DNA of 64,000 bases, taken from the IMG/VR virus record IMGVR_UViG_3300025809_002164, positions 64,001 to 128,000 of that record, one strand, 5' to 3'. Every line of letters begins with the position of its first letter. The stretch's first letter is position 1. The DNA is from a virus. Below are positions 38,490-47,978 of this stretch, one piece after another. The position numbers and the translations under genes were made by a program. A model generated the notes under the pieces. That model did not search any database, was not told the DNA's origin, and saw only the letters and a program-made list of their open reading frames with translations.

Positions 38490-40423
38490 TATTTTTTCCA
38501 GCTAAGTTGAAAGGTTAATGATTTTAATTCAAAAGCCTGATCGATGTCAGTTGGATCTTCTGCTAATGTCTTAACTATTAAAGTGTCATCTATATGCAGG
38601 GCATTCCCAGAATCAGTCAAAGGGAATGCCGGCCTAATATCAAAAGGCTCAACAAAGGTATTAGTTGGAGCTGAAGGTTGGTTAATTAAATCCACCATCG
38701 AGTTCGTACCAGCAGCAGTTAATCCATAATTCTCGAACCTATCAAGATCAAATTCATCAACTCCATCTTGATGTCTAAATTTAAACCCTGATCCATTAAA
38801 TCCAAATTCATAATTTTTTGCACTATTGAAATCAGCGATCACATTAAAAAATTCAGGGGTTGCAGTATTAATTGGAAAGTTTCCAGATTTTATATTCCAA
38901 TATTTTAATGGATTACCCATGTTAATCGGACCGCTATTCTCGACTATTGATCTATAGTGATTATGAATTTCTTCATCCACGTATTGGCCCGTCATGAATC
39001 CATAATACCCAGTAAGATTATTAAGGGAAGATTTATCTCCCGATTTATACCATTGATATACAAAAACTCCAGTAGAAAAATCTTGTGGCGGAAGTGTGCT
39101 AGAGATGAATGTTGAATATTCTTGAGCAGTGCCTGTTACTATACCGCTAAAAGACATTGGTGAATATGTCCCATTCTTAAACAAGCCATCAGCAAATTCG
39201 CTAGCTTGATAACATCCAGTATAAGTATCCCCTATGTTTGTACCCGGAAATTGCATTTCCGCAAAAGCATTTCCACCTAAGTGTCTATAAAATACATTAA
39301 AATCTGAATCTATAATGCTACTGTCAAAACAACCGGTTGGTCTATTATATCTTATTCCATGTTTTTTACCAATGTCTTCAGAATAATCAAAATCGGTATC
39401 AAGTCCATCCGTGCCATAATAAAAATTATCCATTGGAGTTGTATAGCTGGTGGTAAATTGATTAATTAAATCCTTGAAGTGTTTTGACCCAGTAACTGAA
39501 TACTCCTTACTAAGGTCGCTTCCAGCTTCGCCCATTAGTATTGGCATATTAACTACATCTATTGATCTAGGAGACAAGGAAACTTTATAAGTTGCAGGAA
39601 TATTTACATCATATCCATCTAGAAAATAATCAGTAAAATTAAATCCAGTTCCACTAGGCATGCATTCTACAATCTGCCCTGGAGTCACAGGAAGCCCCGT
39701 ACATGTAGCATAAATCCAAGAAGAGGTTTTGCCGTCATACTCGTTCCCTAAATTTAAAAAATTTGCAGTTTCATAAATATCCCCCCTTATTCTAAATGTT
39801 ATATCCTGAGTGCCGCAGTCAAAGTCGCAATTATTATAAAATTTTATTGTGTTTATTTTATTTGCTATTTTAACTTCGTCGTATAAATTAGTATAACTAA
39901 AATCAGGCTCGGTTACAAATCCCCCTGTAGCTGCAAAACTTTTAAGCTCCTGCCTTTCGTATAAGTCTGACTCTACTACATATTTAAAATAAGCTATTTC
40001 AGCACCTCGGTCCTCAAACGATGCATGTATGCCTGACTGCATGTCAATTTTTCTATCAAAGCAGGAAATTTGTGTTGGCTTAAAATTAATGCTTGGGTCA
40101 TTCTGATTCAGAAATCCAGACTCTATGGCGATTTCCTGCCATCCAGTTGAGTATGTCTGTATAGTGATTTTAGACTCGTGAAAAGAAGGGGTGCCATCAA
40201 CATATTTAAAGCCGCCTACAATAAAATCAATATCTTTACCACATACACAACTATTACAATCCAAGCAATCGTCAAAAGATCCATATATAGTCCTAGTAGC
40301 AATTACTCCGTCTGGAATAATAACACTTTCTGCTATTTTCTTATAACAATATCCACTAACCTGAACGAAATCCTTACCTGCTGCATCAGATATAGGGACA
40401 TATAATGAATTATTTATAGCCAT
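38489..40423 (-). CDS. putative virion protein, [ST]G-rich
   Basis: 644-aa ORF; Cys cluster DDCLDCNSCVC; GTGTA motif upstream. Confidence 0.7.
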   Translation of the reverse strand: MAINNSLYVPISDAAGKDFVQVSGYCYKKIAESVIIPDGVIATRTIYGSFDDCLDCNSCVCGKDIDFIVGGFKYVDGTPSFHESKITIQTYSTGWQEIAIESGFLNQNDPSINFKPTQISCFDRKIDMQSGIHASFEDRGAEIAYFKYVVESDLYERQELKSFAATGGFVTEPDFSYTNLYDEVKIANKINTIKFYNNCDFDCGTQDITFRIRGDIYETANFLNLGNEYDGKTSSWIYATCTGLPVTPGQIVECMPSGTGFNFTDYFLDGYDVNIPATYKVSLSPRSIDVVNMPILMGEAGSDLSKEYSVTGSKHFKDLINQFTTSYTTPMDNFYYGTDGLDTDFDYSEDIGKKHGIRYNRPTGCFDSSIIDSDFNVFYRHLGGNAFAEMQFPGTNIGDTYTGCYQASEFADGLFKNGTYSPMSFSGIVTGTAQEYSTFISSTLPPQDFSTGVFVYQWYKSGDKSSLNNLTGYYGFMTGQYVDEEIHNHYRSIVENSGPINMGNPLKYWNIKSGNFPINTATPEFFNVIADFNSAKNYEFGFNGSGFKFRHQDGVDEFDLDRFENYGLTAAGTNSMVDLINQPSAPTNTFVEPFDIRPAFPLTDSGNALHIDDTLIVKTLAEDPTDIDQAFELKSLTFQLSWKK

Positions 40424-40432
40424 ATTTATATA

Positions 40433-40437
40433 TACAC
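40433..40437 (-). promoter_or_regulatory. GTGTA late-promoter-like motif
   Basis: AAAGTGTATATATAAATATG. Confidence 0.6.
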
Positions 40438-40457
40438 TTTTTATATTTAGTTTTCAT

Positions 40458-43400
40458 TTAAAAAATTCCAGTTTGCCCGTAAGTAAAAATGCCGCCAGTG
40501 TAAGATAGTCCGGTAGAGAAATGGTTCAACTCCCAACTAGGCTGCGGGAGTTGCTGCATTCTTTGATAGCCTTTCGCAGAATTCAAAACTCCAGTTAGAT
40601 CTATTGGTATGCATATCTCATAAATTGATACAGATTCTGGGCATTTTTCATAAATAGATACTTGAGCTCCAGGAGTTCTTGATGGAGTAATCGTACTAGT
40701 CGGAGTAATCGTACTGGTCGGAGTAATCGTACTAGTCGGAGTAATCGTACTGGTCGGAGTAATCGTACTGGTCGGAGTAATCGTACTAGTCGGAGTAATC
40801 GTACTAGTCGGAGTAATCGTACTGGTCGGAGTAATCGTACTAGTCGGAGTAATCGTACTAGTCGGAGTAATCGTACTGGTCGGAGTAATCGTACTGGTCG
40901 GAGTAATCGTACTGGTCGGAGTAATCGTACTAGTCGGAGTAATCGTACTGGTCGGAGTAATCGTACTGGTCGGAGTAATCGTGCTAGTTGGAGTACGGCT
41001 AGCTCCTGGAGTCATAGTATTCGTAGGAGTAATCGTACTAGTAGGAGTCAATGTCACACTGGGAGTAACAGTAACTGTTGGAGTTCTGCTTGAAGGAGGA
41101 CAATACGGAGGTTGATCATTATCAACGATTAAAACATTGTATGGATTTTTATATAAAATCCTAGATGAAACACAATTTATTTGACCTATATTATATAATG
41201 TAATATTAAAAAATTCAGACTCTTCATGAATAAGATCTTCTTTTGTGTTTATTGCAATATACTGAACATTTTCTCCGCCTGCAAAATTCAGAACCCCTGT
41301 GGTTCCAAAAAAGTCTATACCCTGATCTGCAGAAAATAGGCTAGACGATGTTTTATATCCTACGGAAAAAGGCCCCGAGTAATCTTTGTCAGAGTAAGTT
41401 AATTCCCTATAAACCCTGACTCCAGTAGCTTGACCCTCAACGACATAAGTTGATGGATATTGAAATCTAATAGAGAGTTCTTTTTGAATACAAGTCGGAG
41501 TCGGAGTAATCGTATTAGTCGGAGTAATCGTGTTAGTCGGAGTAATCGTATTGCTCGGAGTAATCGTGCTTGTTGGGGTAATCGTACTGGTCGGAGTAAT
41601 CGTATTGCTCGGAGTAATCGTGCTTGTTGGGGTAATCGTACTGGTCGGAGTAATCGTACTAGTCGGAGTAATCGTACTAGTCGGAGTAATTGTACTAGTC
41701 GGAGTAATCGTACTGGTCGGAGTAATCGTACTAGTCGGAGTAATCGTACTAGTCGGAGTAATCGTACTAGTCGGAGTAATCGTACTAGTCGGAGTAATCG
41801 TACTAGTCGGAGTAATCGTACTAGTCGGAGTAATCGTACTAGTTGGAGTAATCGTACTAGTCGGAGTAATCGTACTAGTCGGAGTAATCGTACTAGTTGG
41901 AGTAATCGTGCTTGTTGGAGTAATCGTACTAGTCGGAGTAATCGTACTAGTCGGAGTAATCGTGCTTGTTGGAGTAATCGTACTAGTCGGAGTAATCGTA
42001 CTAGTCGGAGTAATCGTACTGGTCGGAGTAATCGTACTGGTCGGAGTAATCGTACTAGTTGGAGTAATCGTACTAGTCGGAGTAATCGTGCTAGTCAAGG
42101 TCGGAGTAATCGTACTAGTCGGAGTAATCGTGCTAGTCGGAGTAATCGTGCTAGTCAAGGTCGGAGTAATCGTACTAGTCGGAGTAATCGTGCTAGTCGG
42201 AGTCGCTGTCTGACTGCTTGTTGGAGTCGGAGTTGGGGTTCTTACTGCGATATTAATAACTCCACACTTAGATTTCCTATTAGTATTCAAGTTATCTATA
42301 AAAACAAAAGCATTGTAATTACCTAAGCTACTATAAGTATGACTTACTGTCGTATAATATCCGACTTCATTATCCCATGATAATTTTTGATTGCTCAGAA
42401 TAGTACCATCTCCAAAGTTAACACTATACCTCAAATCATTACTTACATTAAATTGATCTTCAGCCATCAAACCTAAAGAAAAAGTAGAAGCTCCATACTC
42501 AACCCTAGAACCAAAAGGAATACAGCAACTTCCCGATAGTAAAGATGTCGATGGCGTTATAGTTGGAGTAATCGTACTGGTCGGAGTAATCGTACTAGTT
42601 GGAGTAATTGTACTGGTCGCAGTTGGAGTAATCGTACTGGTTGGAGTAATCGTACTAGTCGTAGTCGGAGTACTGGTCGCAGTCGGAGTAATCGTACTGG
42701 TCGGAGTAATCGTACTAGTCGGAGTAATCGTACTGGTCGGAGTATTTGTCGGAGTAATCGTACTGGTCGGAGTATTTGTCGGAGTAATCGTACTAGTCGG
42801 AGTATTTGTTGGAGTAATCGTACTAGTAATCGAAATAGTCGGAGTATTCGTCGGAGTAATCGTACTAGTCGGAGTATTCGTCGGAGTAATCGTACTGGTC
42901 GGAGTATTTGTCGGAGTAATCGTACTGGTCGGAGTATTTGTCGGAGTAATCGTGCTAGTCGGAGTATTTGTAGGAGTAATCGTACTAGTAATCGAAATAG
43001 TCGGAGTATTCGTCGGAGTAATCGAAATAGTCGGAGTATTCGTCGGAGTAATCGTACTAGTAATCGAAATAGTCGGAGTAATCGTGCTAGTCGGAGTATT
43101 TGTAGGAGTAATCGTAGGGGTGGCTGTACTACTCGGACTCGGAGGCGGAACTTCGCCCTGCACGATATTCATTGGAGCGGGAGAACCCGCCATCGAAATC
43201 GGACTAGAAGCATAAGTTAAAGTAAGGCTCGGAGTAAATACTGAAGATTTCTGAATTGTCCCGTTAGTAATCTGCTCAGACCTAGAAAATCCTCCATCTC
43301 CTACTAGCCTGACTTGTATCAACTTGTCTCCTGGGTTTAATGCATCGTCATGAAGAGAAATCTCAAAAATTTTTCTTCTTCCAAGATTATTTAATGCCGC

Positions 43401-44000
43401 AACATTCGTAGTTGGAGGATTCATGTGAGTTCCACGAAACGTAGTCGCTACTGCGGATCCTTTGTATGTATTAAAATGATTCTCGTTTGTAAAAATTGGA
43501 TCCTGACCATCCAGCTTTTCATTGTAACCCATGTAATAATAGATTCCAACTGGAGACATCTCCACAATATTTGAAATGGCAAACAATTTAGTGTATATCT
43601 TTGTTACCAAACCAGCCCGAGTTTCACCCGCTGCAATATTAATATTTGCTATATTAAAATCGAAGGTGTGGGATGTTGGGGGGTTAGTAACACTTCCAGA
43701 AAACAACCCATTGAAGCCGCGAGCTGTGCTGCCATTCTGGAGCTTATAGTAACCCAAACTTGTCGCAGTCCTTCTCTCTGAAGGCCAGGATCGAACACCT
43801 CCAACTATTTTTTTTGATAATTGCTGAAGGGCCGGTAAAAACCCAACAATACTGAGCTCTCCAGAAAAAACTCCCCCTATTGCCAAGCTAGCGGCAGCAG
43901 GCAGCCTGAATAAATATTTCTTATCATAAGAACTGGAGCCGTTGTAGATATGTTTATTCCATCTATCTGTATGAACTACCGACATACTAACTAGGCTCAA
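40458..44000 (-). CDS. mucin-like virion protein: PTS - PKD - PTS - Calx-beta - PTS
   Basis: PKD motif VNFGDGT...[10 protein letters not shown]; Calx-beta motif [14 protein letters not shown]...[13 protein letters not shown]; three long TITPTS tracts. Confidence 0.85.
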   Translation of the reverse strand: MSLVSMSVVHTDRWNKHIYNGSSSYDKKYLFRLPAAASLAIGGVFSGELSIVGFLPALQQLSKKIVGGVRSWPSERRTATSLGYYKLQNGSTARGFNGLFSGSVTNPPTSHTFDFNIANINIAAGETRAGLVTKIYTKLFAISNIVEMSPVGIYYYMGYNEKLDGQDPIFTNENHFNTYKGSAVATTFRGTHMNPPTTNVAALNNLGRRKIFEISLHDDALNPGDKLIQVRLVGDGGFSRSEQITNGTIQKSSVFTPSLTLTYASSPISMAGSPAPMNIVQGEVPPPSPSSTATPTITPTNTPTSTITPTISITSTITPTNTPTISITPTNTPTISITSTITPTNTPTSTITPTNTPTSTITPTNTPTSTITPTNTPTSTITPTNTPTISITSTITPTNTPTSTITPTNTPTSTITPTNTPTSTITPTSTITPTSTITPTATSTPTTTSTITPTSTITPTATSTITPTSTITPTSTITPTITPSTSLLSGSCCIPFGSRVEYGASTFSLGLMAEDQFNVSNDLRYSVNFGDGTILSNQKLSWDNEVGYYTTVSHTYSSLGNYNAFVFIDNLNTNRKSKCGVINIAVRTPTPTPTSSQTATPTSTITPTSTITPTLTSTITPTSTITPTSTITPTLTSTITPTSTITPTSTITPTSTITPTSTITPTSTITPTSTITPTSTITPTSTITPTSTITPTSTITPTSTITPTSTITPTSTITPTSTITPTSTITPTSTITPTSTITPTSTITPTSTITPTSTITPTSTITPTSTITPTSTITPTSTITPTSTITPTSTITPSNTITPTSTITPTSTITPSNTITPTNTITPTNTITPTPTCIQKELSIRFQYPSTYVVEGQATGVRVYRELTYSDKDYSGPFSVGYKTSSSLFSADQGIDFFGTTGVLNFAGGENVQYIAINTKEDLIHEESEFFNITLYNIGQINCVSSRILYKNPYNVLIVDNDQPPYCPPSSRTPTVTVTPSVTLTPTSTITPTNTMTPGASRTPTSTITPTSTITPTSTITPTSTITPTSTITPTSTITPTSTITPTSTITPTSTITPTSTITPTSTITPTSTITPTSTITPTSTITPTSTITPTSTITPTSTITPSRTPGAQVSIYEKCPESVSIYEICIPIDLTGVLNSAKGYQRMQQLPQPSWELNHFSTGLSYTGGIFTYGQTGIF
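40670..41090. repeat. 18-bp TITPTS tandem repeat
   Basis: near-perfect ggagtaatcgtact[ag]gtc units. Confidence 0.95.
41495..42240. repeat. 18-bp TITPTS tandem repeat (longest continuous array)
   Basis: roughly 40 units. Confidence 0.95.
42545..43145. repeat. 18-bp and 30-bp PTS repeats (TITPTS and [10 protein letters not shown])
   Basis: higher-order 30-bp unit ggagtatttgtcggagtaatcgtactggtc. Confidence 0.9.
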
Positions 44001-46206
44001 CTATAAATACCGAGTAAGGATTAACTCCTAGGATCTGAACGTTAGAACTTACACTAACTGGGTTAGATAAGTAAATATTAAAAAACTCATCGCTCTCCCT
44101 AGGGTCATTATCTCCAGGAATCGGCAAGCCAGTAACTGTTATTTCTTTGAAAAGTTCACCCTTATTGAAAGATAGTGTGCCTGCCCCAGAAGCATAGTCA
44201 TATTCATACCCAGCAATCGCAAAAACACCGGAGCCGGAAGCACTATTTCCCGCATCCCTAGTGGAGTAATCAACAGAAAATGCTTCTAAAGATTGATCGC
44301 TCCTGAACGAATCTCTTACAACTCTTAAAGTCGCAACTGTTCCTTCTACTAAATAAGTGGAAGAATATTGAAACCTTACATACTGATTATTTATCCGGCT
44401 CAAAGTCGGAGTAATCGTAGTAGTCGGAGTAATCGTAGTAGTCGGAGTAATCGTACTAGTCGGAGTAATCGTGCTAGTTGGAGTAATCGTACTAGTTGGA
44501 GTAATTGTGCTGGTCGCAGTTGGAGTGATCGTACTAGTCGGAGTAATCGTACTAGTCGGAGTAATCGTACTAGTTGGAGTAATCGTACTAGTCGGAGTAA
44601 TCGTACTGGTCGGAGTAATCGTACTGGTTGGAGTGCGGCTAGCTCCTGGAGTCATAGTATTCGTAGGAGTAATCGTACTAGTTGGAGTGATCGTACTAGT
44701 CGGAGTAATCGTACTGGTTGGAGTAATCGTACTGGTCGGAGTAATCGTACTAGTCGGAGTAATCGTACTGGTCGGAGTAATCGTACTGGTCGGAGTAATC
44801 GTACTGGTTGGAGTAATTGTGCTAGTAGTAGTAACAGTCGGAGTAACCGTGCTGCTAATCGTAATGCTCGGAGTAATAGTCGGAGTGATTGTACTGGTTG
44901 GAGTAATAGTTGGGGTTAAGCTACTCGTAGGAGTAGGGCTTAAAGCTATTACCGGAGGACAGAAAAGAGCTTCGTCAAAATCTGAAGATGACGGATTACC
45001 TGGGCACGGCTTTGGGTCGTTAGATCCTGGAGCAGAGGCTGAGTTGAGGCAACCCCCACTCACCAGAAAACCATTAGTGGTTGTTAACGTAAAATCAAAG
45101 CCAACATCAACACTAGCAGCTCCGCCAATCTGCATGTTCGTATTTTTGCTTTTCAATACAGCATTATCAATAACATAAGTCATTAACGTTCTTCTCGAGG
45201 TATCGTCTCCCTGACAAAAGGAAGAGGATGGCGGACAATTATCCTTACAATCTATTGTTATCTTGTAAGGCTTATCGTAACCTAATATTTTATTCAAATT
45301 ACCCGTCTCTAAATTTCTTTTAATTATATTCAGATTTAAAGATCCCCTAGCGGGCAAACTTAATTTCCTATCATACGGATACATAGATCCAAACCCATAC
45401 AGATTTCTACGATTTAAGTCAACACCAATATCAAAGCCTACAGCATTAGCATTATCCTTAGATACTACAGATCCTCCGATATTTAATTCTTCAATTTTAA
45501 TATCTATATAATTAGGAAGCAAGGCTGGAGCGGAATACTCATCAGCGAAGTCCTGAGGTCCAAATTGATATTTATGACGATCCTTGTACTCTCCGTCGTA
45601 TAAATGAATTGCAGGTATATAATTATTGGAGTTATATTCATCCAGCTTAATATTTGAAGCTTGATAATCCATTGAGACCACAGCTGGCGAGCCAACTTGC
45701 ACCGATAAATTATAACTTGTAGCGAATGCATTGCCTACACCCATGACATAATGCCCAATAAAGTCAGACTCTTTCAGTAAATAATTAGCTTGCTTACCTA
45801 CATCACTCCTAAGGACCAGGAAAAAGTTTTTATCCCCAAAGTGTCTAGATATAAAGCTATTTTCCGCAATACCTCCGTTAGGGACAACATTAAAATTTAA
45901 AAGGTATTCATTAAGCCCACAAGTAGGTAGGTAGCTGAAACTAAAATTAACAGGAACCGGCTCTATGTTTACATCAATATTACTTCCAGGGCTAGGAACT
46001 GCATTGATTACATTAATTCTCCGAGTAAGCAAGTCTTCATGACCTATCTGCTTAATCTCTTCTCTATTTATATCAAAACCATAAGAAACGGACTGAACTT
46101 TTGTTATTTGTCTAAGAAATGATTGGTCGACATCAAAATGCGGCCTGAATGCTGGAGCTGGACCAACAAATAAAGCTGCATAATCAGACCTAAAAAAATT
46201 CCTCAT
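43987..46206 (-). CDS. tail-tube paralogue decorated with a PTS tract and a Calx-beta domain
   Basis: N-domain aligns by eye with 46290..47912 ([21 protein letters not shown] vs RVQSANYSFTINRQDVNQFGH); C-terminal Calx-beta GTLSFNKGE...[12 protein letters not shown]. Confidence 0.75.
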   Translation of the reverse strand: MRNFFRSDYAALFVGPAPAFRPHFDVDQSFLRQITKVQSVSYGFDINREEIKQIGHEDLLTRRINVINAVPSPGSNIDVNIEPVPVNFSFSYLPTCGLNEYLLNFNVVPNGGIAENSFISRHFGDKNFFLVLRSDVGKQANYLLKESDFIGHYVMGVGNAFATSYNLSVQVGSPAVVSMDYQASNIKLDEYNSNNYIPAIHLYDGEYKDRHKYQFGPQDFADEYSAPALLPNYIDIKIEELNIGGSVVSKDNANAVGFDIGVDLNRRNLYGFGSMYPYDRKLSLPARGSLNLNIIKRNLETGNLNKILGYDKPYKITIDCKDNCPPSSSFCQGDDTSRRTLMTYVIDNAVLKSKNTNMQIGGAASVDVGFDFTLTTTNGFLVSGGCLNSASAPGSNDPKPCPGNPSSSDFDEALFCPPVIALSPTPTSSLTPTITPTSTITPTITPSITISSTVTPTVTTTSTITPTSTITPTSTITPTSTITPTSTITPTSTITPTSTITPTSTITPTSTITPTNTMTPGASRTPTSTITPTSTITPTSTITPTSTITPTSTITPTSTITPTATSTITPTSTITPTSTITPTSTITPTTTITPTTTITPTLSRINNQYVRFQYSSTYLVEGTVATLRVVRDSFRSDQSLEAFSVDYSTRDAGNSASGSGVFAIAGYEYDYASGAGTLSFNKGELFKEITVTGLPIPGDNDPRESDEFFNIYLSNPVSVSSNVQILGVNPYSVFIVEPS
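44400..44940. repeat. 18-bp TITPTS tandem repeat
   Basis: same unit as in the neighbouring genes. Confidence 0.95.
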
Positions 46207-46219
46207 ACCTTAATAAACA

Positions 46220-46250
46220 ATTACACCACAACCGGAGATTGTGGTGTAAT
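46220..46250 (-). terminator. probable intrinsic terminator after the tail tube gene
   Basis: 12-bp perfect stem attacaccacaa/ttgtggtgtaat with a 7-nt loop, followed on the minus strand by TGTTTATT. Confidence 0.6.
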
Positions 46251-46289
46251 ATAATAAAATATATATACTTTATTTACATTCTTTTAAAA

Positions 46290-47912
46290 TTAAAAGTGTT
46301 TTGTGTGTTTAGCCACTTCGGAATTCCAACCTTCAGACTCTTTTCCGGAGTAGTATCCAGATGTTCCAAGGTGTCCATATCTGAAATATTTCAGCCCGTC
46401 CCCTGTATTCTCAATAGTTGGGAAAGATTTATTCTTGCCATCAGCCCCTGTCTGGTTTTCATAGCCAGAAAAGAATACTCCAACCGCTGATTCTTCAGGG
46501 CCTCCTATTTGAGTTGAAAATGTAAGGTCTACGGTTTTATTGTCTCCTATTGATGAACTAAAGCTTTCTGAATCTAGTACGGCTTTTTTGAAATCAATCA
46601 CAATAGCATCAGGTTTTGCGTTAGGATCACATACAACACATGAAGGATTTTGAATTCTAACCTTAAGGTCGTAAGTTCCTCCGCAAATAAGATCAACTAA
46701 ATTTCCATCTTTTAAATCTGCTACTAATGCATTAACACTCAAAGAGCAAGTTACAGGAAAATCTACTTCTTTAGCATATGCATATGTACTACCCAATCTC
46801 TGTAATGCTGATCTACCGAGAGGAGTAGATAACGAAAAGCTTTGAATGTGAGCACTACCAAAATCGGCAGGATTATTATACCCAACAGAATTTCCAGATA
46901 ATTGCCTAGAAATTAATGCAGAATCTTGAAGATCTATAGTTATATCTCCAGGCTTTAAGACGCTTTGACCTTGACCACTTTCAGTGGGGGGTAAAGTGAA
47001 GCATCTATCACAAATTAATGTGCCATCTGTTGGATCAATTGCTGGTATATTTTTGTAATCTGTACCCACGTCAGATTTTAAATTCATTCCTTCTACGGTA
47101 ACTGAAGCTGTTGGAAAGGATCCAACACTTCCTTCTATAGAATAATCAGTAACATAACCGTTTCCAAGACTAATAGATGTTTTCTCTGCCTCGGTTACCA
47201 TTTGGTCACCCTTGAGAGCATCTCTGCCTTCTGGCACAGTTAATATAAAAAAGTTGTTTCCAAATTCATTTTGAGATCGAGTCATCATTCCTGACAAGCT
47301 CTGAAATGAGCCATCAGTTACCATCCCCATTAATCTTTCATTTTCTCCATCCGTCAAGTAGTAAGAAAAATCCAGACTTACAGTTGGAGCCTCAAGGACC
47401 ACAGAGTCGATTCTTGCTAAATGTCCAAACTGATTGACATCTTGCCTATTTATAGTAAAGCTATAATTAGCGCTTTGAACTCTTTTAAGTTGCTCAACAG
47501 TTGTTCCCCATGAACCTTTAACATTGACGTCTCCATAGTGCTTCATGTATTTCAAGCCATTACCCGTAACACCACTTAGCATACCAAGGTCAGCGAGTAC
47601 TGGATGCCCCACCGCTTTGTAACCAGTATTCCCTGTAAGATTAAAGCCTGTAAAAGTTCCAGTACAGTCGTAAGTTTTATATTTAAAGTCAGTCCAAAGA
47701 CCTCCTCCAGTTGTTCCGGATCCCACACAAGCATTAAAACCAAACGTGGAGTCATTCACACCACTTCCGGTTATCATACATTCATTTATCGTTGTTGCCC
47801 CGGTTACCGACTCGGGTGGCATGTAGTAAAGATGATGACCTGTCGTGTCTGGTGATATGAATAAAGCTTCACTTTGATAAATTACTCGATTTCTTGCTGG
47901 TAGTTTGCTCAT
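46290..47912 (-). CDS. putative major tail tube protein
   Basis: beta-rich, internally duplicated tube-like pattern (QSANYSFTINRQ..G / QSFSLSTPLGRS..G); lies downstream of the neck/terminator-like genes and has its own GTGTA motif. Confidence 0.65.
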   Translation of the reverse strand: MSKLPARNRVIYQSEALFISPDTTGHHLYYMPPESVTGATTINECMITGSGVNDSTFGFNACVGSGTTGGGLWTDFKYKTYDCTGTFTGFNLTGNTGYKAVGHPVLADLGMLSGVTGNGLKYMKHYGDVNVKGSWGTTVEQLKRVQSANYSFTINRQDVNQFGHLARIDSVVLEAPTVSLDFSYYLTDGENERLMGMVTDGSFQSLSGMMTRSQNEFGNNFFILTVPEGRDALKGDQMVTEAEKTSISLGNGYVTDYSIEGSVGSFPTASVTVEGMNLKSDVGTDYKNIPAIDPTDGTLICDRCFTLPPTESGQGQSVLKPGDITIDLQDSALISRQLSGNSVGYNNPADFGSAHIQSFSLSTPLGRSALQRLGSTYAYAKEVDFPVTCSLSVNALVADLKDGNLVDLICGGTYDLKVRIQNPSCVVCDPNAKPDAIVIDFKKAVLDSESFSSSIGDNKTVDLTFSTQIGGPEESAVGVFFSGYENQTGADGKNKSFPTIENTGDGLKYFRYGHLGTSGYYSGKESEGWNSEVAKHTKHF

Positions 47913-47951
47913 TATATTATATATTTTAGTAAATTTGTAGTTGAAATTAAA

Positions 47952-47956
47952 TACAC
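47952..47956 (-). promoter_or_regulatory. GTGTA late-promoter-like motif upstream of the tail tube gene
   Basis: TTGTGTATTTAATTT, 39 nt before the ATG. Confidence 0.55.
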
Positions 47957-47978
47957 AAGAAAAATATTTTTGTGAAAT

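Noticed and set aside
40670-44940. Arrays as CRISPR or DGR template/variable repeats
   Set aside because: Units are contiguous with no unique spacers, and variation is mainly at synonymous positions. No cas or reverse transcriptase gene is visible.
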